Source: Camelus dromedarius (taxonomy: Eukaryota). From it: a DNA stretch of 64,000 nt. Below the pieces are notes generated by a model. The model did not search any database. It had not been told where the DNA came from and worked only from the letters and a program-made list of their open reading frames with translations. The translations under genes were made by a program, and so were the position numbers. How positions within the stretch are numbered: position 1 is the first letter of the stretch; each line of letters starts with the position of its first letter. Where the stretch lies: the NCBI RefSeq assembly GCF_036321535.1, contig NC_087436.1:17174001-17238000 (forward strand), in the 5' to 3' direction. Positions 51,359 to 64,000 of this stretch are shown piece after piece.

Positions 51359-52035
51359 CCATCACCTACTTTATCAGCCATGATGGCTGAAGCTCTCCAG
51401 GTTCATAAAGTTTGGCTGCCCTTCATGAGTTGAAGAATGTCTTAGAATCACAAGATTCTGCTTTATCCATAGCATCCATCTTTAGTGAGTTGTCCAAAAA
51501 ATGTTTGATGTATGTGATGGTGACAGGAAATTTTTAGATGAGAAGTTAAATGAAAGTGTTGGTTTAGGAGGAGAGTTAAAATTCTCTTAAAATGCTTTTT
51601 TTTTTTTTTTTTAAAAAAAATAAGCATTTGGCAAATGTAAGAGCATTGAGCTCAAGGTGCTTAGGAAGCTTCCTTTCTCATTAGTCCCAATTATTTCTAG
51701 TTTTTGAGGAGACAGATTGTATGCCTACAAGAGTCAAAGGAAGAATTCAGTGTGTGGTCAACACCAGGAGGTAGTTTGGTCAACAAAGAAATCGTTTGGA
51801 AAACAAATGTAGTAAAATATATTTGTGGCTCTTATGTCCAAGTAGACTTTCAAATTTCTAACAAAGCAGAAGATCAAGAGGAACACTCAGCCTGCGCCAA
51901 TAATAGAGATGGAGAGGAAGGACCACGGAGGACAGGGATGCTGAGAGGCTGTTCCCATATGACCGTAGCTACCCTGCATCCCCTTTTCCCTTCTTTTTCA
52001 CAAGCTCATCTTCTTCCATGTTTTCTCCCCATATC

Positions 52036-52195
52036 TAAGGTTCCCTGATAAAGTACAGCATGGCCAATTAAATTTGTATTTTGGATACATGACAAATAAT
52101 TTTATTCATCGCTTGTTGAAAAATATATACATTGTCTAAAATTCAAATTTAAGGGTGAGCACCCTGTGTTTTACTTGCTAAATCTGGCAACCCTA
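52036..52195. mobile_element. MER53 hAT MITE with central deletion
   Basis: Imperfect palindrome taaggttccctgataaagtacag...ttaaatttg / caaatttaa...gctaaatctggcaacccta. 8-bp TSD cccatatc / cctatatc. Confidence 0.85.
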
Positions 52196-55100
52196 CCTAT
52201 ATCTCACCCAGTCCATCCCATGGGAACTGCACAGCAGACAGAAAAGGATTGTAATTAACAGCAGGGCCAAGGAAAACATAGGCAAATGGAACCGGTTGGC
52301 CTTGATACGTCTGGCTATTTATAGGCTCTGTTCCACTGATGAAATTGTTGTTTGCCACGGGCCTTTCTGCTCAGTCCTCACATTCCTACCCTGGCCTCCC
52401 GCTCTCCCCTCAAGTTAATGTTCTGGGTAAAGTACTAGACAAAGTGGGAAACCTGTCCCCGGGAGAACTGACCCAGGCGTATCACCCTACTCCATCTTTG
52501 GGGGGCACACATCCTTGGTGGGAAAGGTGGCTAGGTTCAGCCTCCAGGTGTTTGTGCTTCATTATTTTTCTTCAGCAGAATCTTTGATAAACATCCCTGT
52601 TAAATCACCCACTAGATTTGGCTCACTAAGTTTTGCACAGCTATGCTTGGGATATTAAGTAGAATCTCAAGAGAAAAATGAAAACATTGCTGCGTTGCCA
52701 CTCTCACATAGTCACTGTGGAAAAAAAAATGTTTTCAAATATGCATTGCCTTAGACTGGTTTAATGAGAGAACTATAAGAAGAAAAAGGATATTAAGCCT
52801 TATGTATTGCTGTGTACTCATTGAGGGAGTGTAAAAATGAAAACTCTTGCACCAAAGAATCCATGATTGATTGATGCAAATCATGGAAATGAGTCAAATT
52901 GAACAGATTTCAAGCACTATCTTACACACTGCACATATTTTCTTTCTTATGTAAAGATTTAAATTGGCAACGTATTATATCTGCTGTAGTCTCTGTAAAT
53001 TATATAAATAACTTGCATGATGTACAAAATTTCTTGCTCAGACATCAAGTGTTACGACACAGATTCTTCTTGACTCCATATATGGAACGTGGAAGGCACT
53101 GAGAACGCACATCCCTGAAAAATGAGAAGCATTCCTTTGTAGGTTGGAAGCACTGCCTTCCAAGCGGTGAGACAAATATACCACAAATACACTAATAAAT
53201 CTGCCAATAAACTTTCTAAATATGCAAAGGGAGACTAATTACCTCATAGTGAGTAATGCTCATATATTTGCCTGTTTATTGAGGCTTGGAATACAGCCTT
53301 CATGGATCCCTTTAATATTCAAATTCAATTCTACCTAATTTTAAGTAATCTTTTGATTTGATGTGAATTGATGCTTTTCTTATTTCTCAGGCTATCCCAA
53401 ATACGTTAGCAATTACTTTCCCCCAGCCCCAGATCTTTAACCTAAGACTGTCATTTCTCTTTAGAGGTTTTCCCTACAACTTAAATTCAAACCGCTTTCA
53501 CTTGACTGCTAACAGAAAAGGACCAAGTTTTTCACTTTGAAATGTCCCATTTCTAAGTATTTTACTTAGAAAATATTTATGCTACAAATGTACATTGAGC
53601 ATAGGCTATCTATTGCCTGTGTTAAATTTCTTTTTTCATCTTGGTTTTTATATTTGAAAATTTAAATTTAAGGCTCTGTTCAAATATACTTAAAAATTGT
53701 GAAATGCTTTAGTAAAATCGATAAATATGAATATTTCAGAAAGCTATTTTATATCTGAAATGAGTTATGTGTCAGAGCTGACTGAGGGGGCACTGTCTAA
53801 CGCGCAGGAGCAACGGTCAGATAGGGGCACAGAGGGTAAAGAGCTGAGGCAGGAAAGAGACAATTTTGTCTGATTAGGAAGAATTTTATGGTTTCAGGGT
53901 CACAAAAATGTAGCTCATGTATTGAGTTTTAACTTTTTCGCTTTTGTTTTTATAGTTCTTCTTCACCCCAAGTCTAAAGAAAGCAAGAAGCTCTAAGATC
54001 GGAAGTGGGCCCAGGACACAACCCTTAGAGCAGATAAAATGCTGATAAAAACCAAAACAATGCTTCTTCCACAGTGAGTGTAAGTGGGTAGTTAGGAGAA
54101 CCTTACCGGCAGGGGTTAATGAGAAAAAAAGAATTTTAAAAACTCACTGTTCCAGAGCCAGGACATTCTAGACTCTGCGGCTAAACTCAACCTTAATTTT
54201 CCCCTAATTTTTGGAACATCTAAAACATTATATTTGAGGAGTGTTGTGTGAAAAAGCCAAAGTTAGATAAGGAGTAGGTGATGACAGCTTAGGATGAATG
54301 AAAACAGTCCTGTTGTACTTGAATGATTTTATTTCTTTACATCTTTCTCTACTTTTATATGATCTTATATAATATAGTTGATATGATACCTTCACTTAAG
54401 CTCAGCAAAGCATCCTAAAAGAAATATGCAGAATTTACATCTTGAATTTGCAAACCCAAATCTCTGTTTAAAATTGACCCACAGAAATAATAGTGCAGAT
54501 GACCGGTAAATCTATCACTCCCCACCCCATCCTTGCCTCCCTCCCTCTCCCAGGGTCCAGTTCTGTTCTTCCATATACCTGTCAGACATCTCTCCCCTAA
54601 TCCTGAAATGTCTCAAATTAAACTCATGTCTTTGCTCTGTTGCCTGATTTTCCCGCACTGCTTTCCCCCTCCGCCTGCTACTTCCCTTCTGTGCATTGTC
54701 TCACGGTGATGGTTCTGCAGCAACCTCTCCCCTACCCGCCCTCCCCTTCACATCTCCACCACCCTCCTCGCTCCACCGTGTATCCTTATGGGGTGTCTGT
54801 CCCTTGAACTAGCCCTGTGCCTTCTACTCCATCCTCCTGACTCCAGCCAGGGATGTGAACGTTCTGGATTGTTTGATTAAAAAATCAGACACATTACTAT
54901 ATAATTAAACTGTATGGGCATTTTATAGTCAGTACCTTTAAAGCAGATATCAGCATAAACACTATTTACAATTATTTCTCAACAAATACCTACTCTGAGC
55001 TAGGAATTTGCAAGGTGTGCTTTGTGTGGGTTCTGAGAGAGTCTTCTTTTTGGTAGGTTTTGCAGGCCCTAATGCAGGTCACCCAATTTTATTTTAAACA

Positions 55101-56929
55101 AAACTAAACCAAACAAAAAAACCTCTCATCTTTCTGATGTAAGATTTTAATGAAAATTACCTCTAATAAGAATAAATAATAATATTTAGGAAAAAGACTC
55201 CATGTTTCTAAGTCTGATATGATAGGAACTGAGAAGAGATAATATATATGTTTTAAAATATTGATTAGTCCTATTGAAGGATGAACACATTTAAATAATA
55301 AGCAGAGTTTGAAAGACTTTGACATAAAAAATACAAAGATCAATAAAACAGGAGGAATTGTTAAGTTTCTACTGACCGACAAAGGTTTTCAACAGTACAG
55401 AGAATTGAAGAAAAGAGATATTTGTGCTAAAATGCACTAAAATACAGGACAGATTGACAACCTGGGATGAATATTGATTAGAGAGAAAAATGTGATTGTT
55501 GGAATTGGTGCAGTTTCTGTTTCAAGATCTGAATGAATATTGAGGAATGACTGGTTGTATTTTAAACTTTTAACTTCAAAGACTCTTCATAAAATGGAAG
55601 ATGTAGACAGGTCAATAATTTACAGGACATATGTAGTTAATGAAAATGTTGCTGGTCTCATTTTAAAAAAGTTCCAGTCATCTGTCTTTTTGCATATAGG
55701 AATTTCTTATTCTTATTCATAATGGTTAGAAGGCCAGTTAACATTTAACTGGCACACAATTGCAAAGCACTTTGCAAATATAAAATATTATGTAAGTGCC
55801 ATAGAATCCATTACTTCATACTCAATCTTCAAACAACAATTAATGAACAATGCAGTGCTGTAGAATAGCCTTACTAATGGAAATTTAACTTCCCTATAGC
55901 TTTAGAAGATTTCAGAATATTACATAATTGTTTAAAGTCAAATTGAATTTTAATCCATACATTATTTATGCTATTTGGTTGTCTGGCTTTAAATAGATAC
56001 ACATATAATGTCTTATACATAAAATTATATATGAATGTGTATATAAAATCATCCATTTCCTGCATGAGGTAATCATTTTTATTCTAGGATTCGTATATTT
56101 ATTGACTCACGACAAAGAATTTTTCAAGCACGCTCACTCTGCTAGACATTATGTGTAATTTGCAATAGACTCAGCCTTCTGGAAGCTAGTGAGGCTAAAT
56201 GACTCTATTTGAAGAATCTCAATTTTAAGTCAGAATTTGGGGGAAATGGTCAAAGAAAGCAAGTGAGGTGCATTCTCTTTGTAGAAAGAACTTTGGGAAG
56301 GTTTTGACTCTGACGCTGGTGTAACCTGTGATTCCAACACACAAAGCAGTCAGGGCTACTGTTCCATCACTTGTAAACTGATTGTATCACTCACTGTTTT
56401 CACGTTGTATGGACAGAGATTAGTCTCATCAGCTATACTTGTTTTCAACATTTGGTGCTTTCAGCAAGCTCTTATTTTTGAGAAAGAAACGAAGGATAGT
56501 AGGCATATGGAAATTTTATTGTCTCTCAGAACTGCCAGCTTTTATGCAGGCAGATGAAGTGAAGGTGAATTTCAGCAATGAATATCTCGAGGCATGCCAC
56601 CCTTTGAGTAAACTGAAGAGACTTCAAAAGGTGTGGACCTCAGCATTTACAAGAAAAAGTTGTGCACATCAGGTCTAAGAAAAAAAAGTTTGATTATCTC
56701 CTGTTGTGTTTTTTTGTTGAATACATCTTTAGATACCTCTAAAGGTAGGAATTTGGTTGGAATTTAGTTGGCTTTGCTGCTAAATTGAATCTCAACTTAG
56801 GAAAAATTTCATAGTATCTTTATGCCATCACTCCAGAACTCTCCAGAAGAAAGAAGAAATAAAAGAATTTTGTTCAACAAAGCCCTGAATATTTCTGCAG
56901 CATATGACCCAAGTGCTTGTAGGGTAATT

Positions 56930-57480
56930 TACTCATTCATTCTGCCATTTATTCATTCAAAAGACATTGATGAATTGTTACTCTGTACCAGCCATTGTGT
57001 AAGAAAGTGACCATGATGGCAACGTGTCAAGGAGTTCACAGTGGAGATCAGAAAATAAACAATTATACAACTGGACATCTGGCGGAATAGATTTATGTAC
57101 GATGGGCGGTCTCTAACAGTCTGAAAAGTCAGGTAGGTCAAGACAAGTTACTCTGAATAAGTGGGTTTCAGTTTCCATGAGTAAGGCAGAAAAGGATATT
57201 CCTGGTAGAAGGGATAGAAATGCCAAGTTTCAGGCAGGAGACAGGATTATAATGTACGTGAAACTTGTGATTGGAATACAGAAGATGTATGAACGAGAAG
57301 TAGAAATAGAGCTATAGAGAGAGGCAGAGATAAGATCAGGAAGGCACTTGTATGTAATACTAATGAGTGTGAACTTTATCATGAAGGCATTGAAAAGACA
57401 CCAAAGAAAAGGTGCTGAATGGATGAGCAAATGAATATGCAAATGAGACAGGAATACTTCTAATACTTTCCCAAGTTGGA
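56930..57480 (-). mobile_element. L2 3' region
   Basis: ttcattca...tactctgtaccag...aggagttcacagt...agatcagg..ggc...gtgtgaactttatc. Confidence 0.65.
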
Positions 57481-57611
57481 ATTGAAATCTTTAGTAGCTT
57501 TGATTCAATTACATGTCTATAATATATCTGTATATGTACATATTTGTCCCTGTATATGTAGCGTATACATAGATAAGTATCTTTATCATAAGACAGATAT
57601 ATCTGTAGATA

Positions 57612-58026
57612 CAGGTTTCCCCCATTATCCAAAAGTAAATACTTCCTCTGACACGTTTCCTAAGGTGAACTACTATAAAGCTAAGAGGTAATTACCTTAG
57701 GACTGTCTTGCTGACAGATGAACATTATCAATTGAGATACAGCGAAGATGGTCACAAACAGTTCGAAGCTTTGAAGCTGGAATGCCGAGTGTAGCTCCTG
57801 GGAAGGAAGCTTGGTGGGGTCACTCTCACTGCTTAAGGTGTAAGTTGCCTCTATCATGACTCCTTTTGAAAATACACAAAATGCTATTTTCGATTTTCAC
57901 CTTTTTTTGTAAGAGCAAAAATCCGATTGGGATTCCTTTTGTGCTGCAAAACCAGGCACGAAGTAAGATAAGTCTCTCATAAGAATCAAGTGGTGTAAAG
58001 TGAACCTGGGGAGTCAGGGGTCCTTG
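57612..58026. mobile_element. Tc1/mariner (Tigger-like) non-autonomous DNA transposon
   Basis: ta|caggtttccccc at the left end and ggggtccttg|tg at the right end are imperfect TIRs with a TA target, embedded in (TA/CA)-rich flanks. Confidence 0.6.
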
Positions 58027-58179
58027 TGCATCATAGCTACAGATATTTCATCATAGATGGAGATACGCTATCATTGATAGATGTAGCCAAAGTATATCTT
58101 TGTCTAAGGATAAACACAGACACGTATGTACGGATATGTGTGTGTGCATGGATGTGTACATATATTTAAAGGGCATGGT

Positions 58180-58870
58180 CATCATGGTGTCCTGATCCCT
58201 AGAGCAGAACCTGGCACACAGTGGATGTTCAATAAACAGTTGTTGATTGAATGGTTGAATAAATAGATTTTAAGCAATAAGGAAGCCATCTCTCGGACTA
58301 CCGACTAGAAACATGTTGGAGATGATCAGCAAGTTAATGTAGTGATTTGGAGACAGAATGATAAAAAGTTGAATTATGAAATCTGAGGACTGAAAGGTTG
58401 GGAGACTTAAGATATTACTCTTAGAATTTGACTGACAATGAGGTGACTGGGGTTTGGGAGTGACAGGAAATCAGGACAACTCCCAGGTTTCCAGCTTGGG
58501 CTAATGAACCAGTGGCAGGCTATCCCTCGGAGAGGAAATTTAGGAGGAGAAAGAGTTGGAGGCTGTGAAAATACAATTTTACCCCAGCCATGTTGATTTT
58601 GGACTCTTGGTGAGCCACCCAGAGGATGTTAAGAAAGCAGCTTAATATGTAATATTGGGAAATCTGAATTTTAGGTGGTAGATGAAGCTCAGATAAATAT
58701 TTCTGAGTAAAGAATGATTTTTTTAAAAAAATGATTAAACACAGAACCTGAAGTGAGAAGAAGAGGACTTCATGTAGTAGACAGAAGAAACCCTCCAGGT
58801 AGTGGGAGGAGAACCAGGAGAGTGTAGGGACACTGGAGCTAAAGAAGAAAGCAGGTCAATTTTTACTATC
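58180..58870. mobile_element. L2 fragments (sense 3' end, then antisense continuation)
   Basis: cctggcacacagtggatgttcaataaa...gaatggttgaat; gattttaagca...actcccaggtttccagcttggg...catgttgattttg. Confidence 0.65.
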
Positions 58871-59252
58871 CACGACAAGTTGAAAAAATGTATAAAATAC
58901 AGCATAAAGACATGAAGATGAATAAAGCAAAAAAATCAAATAAATAATTGGGACCCTCCTTTCTTTGGTGACTTAAAGGGTCCTAGATTAGATGACGTAT
59001 CTAAACAGACAATGAAAAAGTAATCCAACATGGATATTCTCTTATCTTTAATTCAAGAGTTCTTTTTAGTTCCAAGTCCCTCTAATATGCACAAAGAGCA
59101 TGATGACAAAATCCATGAACTGTGTGTAACAGGGAGACAACAGCATCCCTATCTTACAGGCTATAAGATCCAATTCTCCTACCTAGACCCTGCCCCCTTC
59201 CCACATGCACACACTTCCTTTTGAAGAACAGGTTGTTTCTCTTGCTTTAAAA

Positions 59253-60799
59253 TCAATGAAATCCCTATCAAATGACCAATCTCATTTTTCACAGAACTAG
59301 AATAAAAATTTTGAAATTTGTATGGAAACACAGAAGACCCTGATTAGCCAAAGTAATCTTGAGAAAGAAGAACAGAGCTGGAGGAATCACACTCCTTGAC
59401 TTCAGACTATACTACAAAGCTACAGTCATCAAAACAGTATGGTACTCCCACAAAAACAGACACATAGATCAATGAAATAGGATAGAAAGTCCAGAAATAA
59501 ACCCACACACTTTTGGTCAATTAATCTATGACAAAGGAAGCAAGAACATACAATGGAGAAAAGATAGTCTCTTCAACAAGTGGTGCTGGGAAAACTGGAC
59601 AGCTACATGTAAAAGAATGAAACTAAAGCATTCTCTAACACCCTATACAAAAATAAACTCAAATGGATTAAAGACCTAAATGTAAGGCCAGATAATATAA
59701 AACTCTGGAGTAAAACATAGGCATAACACTCTCTGACATAAAATGCAGGACTATTTTTTGGAACCAGCTCCTAGAGTAATGGAAATAAAAGCAAAAATAA
59801 ACAAATGGGACCTAATTAAACTTAAAAGCTTTTACACAGCAAAGGAAACCATAAACAAAGCAAAAAGATAACCTAGAGAATGAGAGAAAATATTTGCAAA
59901 CTATACAACTGACAAGGGATTAATTTCCAAAATATATAAATAGCTCATATAGCTCAATATTAAAAAAAATCAAAAATGGGCAGAAGGTCAAAATAAGCAT
60001 TTCTCCAAAGAAGACATACAGATGGCCAACAGGCACATGAAAAGATGCTCAACATAGATAATTATTAGAAAAAAACAAATCAAAACTACAAAGAGGTATC
60101 ACCTCACATTAGTCAGAATGTCTATCATCAAAAAGTCTACAAACAATAAATGTGGAGAGGGTGTGGAGAAAAGGGAACCCTCCTATACTGTTGGTGGGAA
60201 TGTAAATTGTTGCAGTCACTATGGAGAGCAATGTGGAGGTCCCTTAAAAGCAAAAATAGAATGACCAGCAATCCCATTCCTGGGCATACTCTAATTCAAA
60301 ATGACATATGCATCCCAATGTTCATAGCAGCACTATTTACAATAGCCAAGACATGGAAGCAACCTAAGTGTCCATTGACATATGAATGGATAAAGAATAT
60401 GTGGTGTATATATATATGAATATTACTCGGTCATAAAAATAATGAAATAACGCCATTTGCAGCAACATGGATGGACCTAGATATGACATATTAAGTGAAA
60501 TAAGTCAGACAGAGAAAGATATGAAATGATATTGCTTATATGTGGATTCTAAAAAAATGAGACAAATGAACTTATTTACAAAACAGAAACAGACTCACAG
60601 ATAATAAGCAAACTTATGGTTACCAAAGTGGGAGAGGGGTATAAATTTGGAGTTTGGGATCAACAAATACACACTGCTATATATAAAATAGATAACTAAC
60701 AAGGACCTACTGTATATCACAGGATACAATACTCAATATCTTATAATAACCTATAATGGAAAAGAATATGAAAAAGAATAGATATATATGTAAAAAAAA
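59253..60799 (+). mobile_element. 5'-truncated LINE-1: 3' third of ORF2 and most of the 3' UTR, with stops and frameshifts
   Basis: gacttcagactatactacaaagctacagtcatcaaaacagtatggtac ([16 protein letters not shown]). ORF 60150 reads [19 protein letters not shown], the cysteine-rich domain. Confidence 0.95.
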
Positions 60800-60889
60800 G
60801 TCATTTATCAAAATAATGATACCAGCATTCCTTCAGTCCTTGCCACATTACAGGCTCTGAAACCCTTATACATGTCATTACATCTCTTC

Positions 60890-61150
60890 GTCTTGAAAAT
60901 ATTTTCCCCAAATAACTAGTTTTTTCCCCCATTTTACATAAAAGGAAACCAAAGCACAATTACTTAGTCCACAAGTGGCGAAGCTGGGATTTGAATGTAA
61001 GCAGTTCAAGTTTAAAGGTCTTACCCTGGAACAGGGTGTCTAGCTCAGGGGTGGAGCCCATGCTCAGGATGCACAAGGTCCTGGGTTCAAGTCCCATATC
61101 TCCACTTAAAAAAATAATAAAGGCCATACCCTTAACCATCACACTGTACT
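60890..61150 (-). mobile_element. MIR fragment, host of a SINE insertion
   Basis: cccattttacataaaaggaaacc...gctgggatttgaa...cttaaccatcacactg. Confidence 0.6.
61028..61117 (+). mobile_element. tRNA-derived SINE, camelid Vic-1 type (more diverged copy)
   Basis: tagctcaggggtggagc...atgcacaaggtcctgggttcaagtccc plus an A tail. TSD taaaggtcttaccct / taaaggccataccct (13/15). Confidence 0.85.
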
Positions 61151-62519
61151 TTCTCAATATAACCAAAGTAATGATTAAACACCCCTCCAACCAGAACTAG
61201 TCACTGAAATTTGTAAAAGGTGTATCTGTTTAGTACAAAATGATCTATATAGAATTATACTCTTTCATGGACTGGAAGATTTACTTGGAAAGTGCATTAG
61301 CTAGAGCCCAATTTCTTTTCTACAGCCAGAAGAACAAACAAAAGGTTCCAACTGCCAATTAAAGAGTAGTATGGAAATCCTCATGCTTTCTTATTTAGCA
61401 TCCTTTTACATTATTTAAATTATGCTTTGCTAGGCAGGCTCTTATGTAAAATCTGGCAAAAATGATAGATTTGTATAATGAATCATATTCTCTAATTATT
61501 ATCATTGCCTAAATTTATTTATAATTGATAGTGTTTGATTTGTTTTTCAAGATTGGTACATCTCTGACAGATGGGAAGATAAAAATCATAACCAGAAGCT
61601 AAATGAATTCATTAGGACCCACATTACGCTGAAAACTTTCATCAGTATAGAGTTAGAGATCATATAAACTGATGGGAATTGATTCTAGAACTAAGAAGAC
61701 GAATATTAAAGGGAACAGATTCCCAAAGAAGTTAAAACATCTGGGGAATAATTTCTTAAAATACTTCAAGAAGATAGGTAATGTATGAAGACACAAAGTG
61801 TTTAGGAGTGCTGCACCTCATAGACAGATTAAGACATTTACAATGGATCTAAACACAGATGAGTAAGAATAGGAGAGTGATTCAAGAGGAAGAACCAACA
61901 ATATGAACTGAAAAATATTTAGTCATGAATAATGCGTACATCTCAGGTGATGAATAATGAATTGATGAGTCTGGACATGAACAGAAACAGGAGAGGGAAT
62001 TTGTTCATCCCAAGTAACCCAGGAGGTGGCTTTCGCTGTCTTACAGCTCCAGGTGGTACTGCTTGCTTTTACATCCTGCTGATGGACATGAAGCCCAGGG
62101 AGGTAAGAATCCTGAAGGTAAAGTGATGGTCCTGCTGCTGTGAATTCTTTTGAGTTTGATATTGTAATTCAGCATATTAAAGGCAAGTGTCTCTGTGATC
62201 TGTATCTTCGAGGGGGGTTGTTTCAAACTGTCTGCATATTTAAATGGAAAAAGATCACCATCTTCTCTGCCATCACTTCGTGACTTAGCCTCTGCTTTAA
62301 TTCATGACCTCTTGGAATAGATAGCTGTCTGATTCTGGCTTGTGACTCTTTTTTTCAGACACAGTCATCTCTTCTTTTCTCTTTTTTCCATTTTATTTAT
62401 TTTTAGGGGGTAGGTATCTCTTTCTTTGTCAATGCCTCCCTGCCTTGCCTCTCCCCTGTGCTCAATCTTCTCCCTCCTCAGACCTTTCAGCTTCTCTGGA
62501 GGTAGAGAGAGCAGGTGGT

Positions 62520-62559
62520 AATGGTGGAGAAGAATCTGAACAGATTCTTCTCCACCATT
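62520..62559. repeat. Perfect inverted repeat: 19-bp arms, 2-nt spacer
   Basis: aatggtggagaagaatctg-aa-cagattcttctccaccatt. Confidence 0.95.
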
Positions 62560-63323
62560 CAGATTCAGAATGGGATGGATTTTGGAGCCCTTTTTTTCTC
62601 TGTCTGAATATGTTGGAACTGTTTTCCATAGTTATGAAGGAGTCTTGCTTCCTGGCCCCACTCACTGACGCTTCCCCCACCATCCGTCTGTGAGCACTGC
62701 TTTGTTTCTGTGATCACTGAACTGAAACCAGTTGAGTGTCAGCACTTATCCCATATGTTCATTAGCAATGAATCTGTAATTAATTTCTTATGGTTTGAAG
62801 TTAATGAGACCGTTCTGTGTGTGTGTGCGTGTGCGCGCATGCACCAGCACTGTGTTTATGGGTTTTTAAATGATTGTTTAATTATTTATCTTGGTTTTGC
62901 CTGTATTTGTAATGAAGGGAACTTGTTTTGTTTGACTATTTACCAGTAACATTTTTGCATAAATCTACTATGTACATATTATATGTGAAAAACAATCTCA
63001 CATTTGAGCTGCCTTGTTGAATTTGAGGCAAGAATATTTTACTGGCTCAACAGTAAAACTTATGAAGCTATTTCTCAGGGAGGTTTAGACCTAGTTTCAC
63101 ACGTTGCTTTCCAGAAAACTACAGCAGAAACGGACTATGAAAAGTTTACAGATTAGCCATATATTATTCATCATTGTTTAGAAAGGTGTTTTTTTTCAGT
63201 TGAATAGTAGCTGATATATAATCAAATGAAAAATTAAAAAATTAAGAACAGTGCACCAGCATAAGCCCATTTAATATGTATATGCATATGTATTCTATAT
63301 GAAACATAAGTGTTTTCTGTAAT

Positions 63324-63953
63324 TGTTACCAAGGCTGTTGCCCCAGAATCATATGCCTGCCCCTCCCTGGAGCAGAAACCAATTAGTCTTACCTAAGTTT
63401 CAGAAACAAGCTTTAAAAAGATAAAAAAAAAAAAAAAAAAAAAGAACTGGGTAGAACCAGCCAGGCCCAAGATGGTGGAAGATTTGACTTCCAGTAGACC
63501 TTGAGCCTAGTTACATGCTCATTGTCATTTAACATGCTAGACGACACATCACAGGCACTCTGAAAGTTGACCGTTGCCATGACAACTGGAAAAGCCCATA
63601 CAAAGACTGAAAAGGAGATTTGCATAGGTTCTGGGTCCAAACCACACCCCTATTCTTGGGTCAGTCGTGGATGGATATTCCTCCTACCCTTTTCAATAAC
63701 CTCCCTTTTACCCCCACTCTCCTATATATTTGGTGTCTTCACCCACATTGGGTTGAGAAGTTGATTTGCGAACTAAGTTCCCCCTTCTCCATTCTTTGGC
63801 CATTGAGTAAAGCTTGTGCTGTTTCAGTCTCAGCATTAGTTTCATTATCTGTTTCTTGAATCCAGTTGGCAAAAGAATCTCCCTGGCAGAGACAAAAGGT
63901 CTCAAGCCCAGGACTAGGGCCCCCTGCAAGTCCAGTCGACTAATTCGGTAACA
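63324..63953 (+). mobile_element. ERV1 solo LTR, MER41-like lineage, with an internal poly(A) expansion
   Basis: Terminal inverted TGTTACC...GGTAACA. caagatggtggaagatttgacttccagtagaccttgagcct is shared with 21534-22102. No clear TSD. Confidence 0.8.
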
Positions 63954-64000
63954 CAGTGATCTTCCATTTTATAGATAACAAAAAAAAAAGTGCTCTTAAC

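Noticed and set aside
54520..54850. C-rich pyrimidine tract as a promoter or G-quadruplex element
   Set aside because: No CpG island; it looks like decayed L2 or low-complexity sequence, and the C-runs are irregularly spaced
143..63929. About 130 short ORFs (60-124 aa) in the six-frame track as protein-coding genes
   Set aside because: This is eukaryotic DNA. Many ORFs start at TTG/GTG, and their lengths are as expected by chance. The only recognisable peptides are L1 ORF2 remnants, and I could not build a coherent exon chain.

Overview
AT-rich, CpG-depleted mammalian non-coding DNA (intergenic or deep intronic), most likely camelid. That call rests on two Vic-1-type tRNA-derived SINEs and on cetartiodactyl-type L1 3' UTRs. 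I found no credible protein-coding gene, RNA gene, CRISPR array or prokaryotic system. The short ORFs in the track are chance ORFs or decayed L1 ORF2 pieces. Much of the window is interspersed repeat: L1 of several ages, L2, MIR, MaLR/ERVL and ERV1 LTRs, and hAT and Tc1/mariner MITEs. Repeat family names are from recalled consensus features, not a database search, and boundaries of old repeats are approximate. The best regulatory call is a near-consensus CTCF site with its upstream motif at about 2642-2668. The most interesting observations are mutational and retrotransposition footprints. (1) A twin-primed L1 split by about 650 bp of non-L1 DNA (8716-10422). (2) An 82-bp templated copy of a MIR/MER20 junction placed 2.1 kb away. 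(3) A TSD-flanked mini-L1 fusing an RT fragment to the extreme 3' end. (4) A poly(A)-tailed, dimeric LTR-like retrocopy (18812-19004). (5) A perfect 19-bp fold-back hairpin (62520-62559). None of these demonstrates a new biological system.
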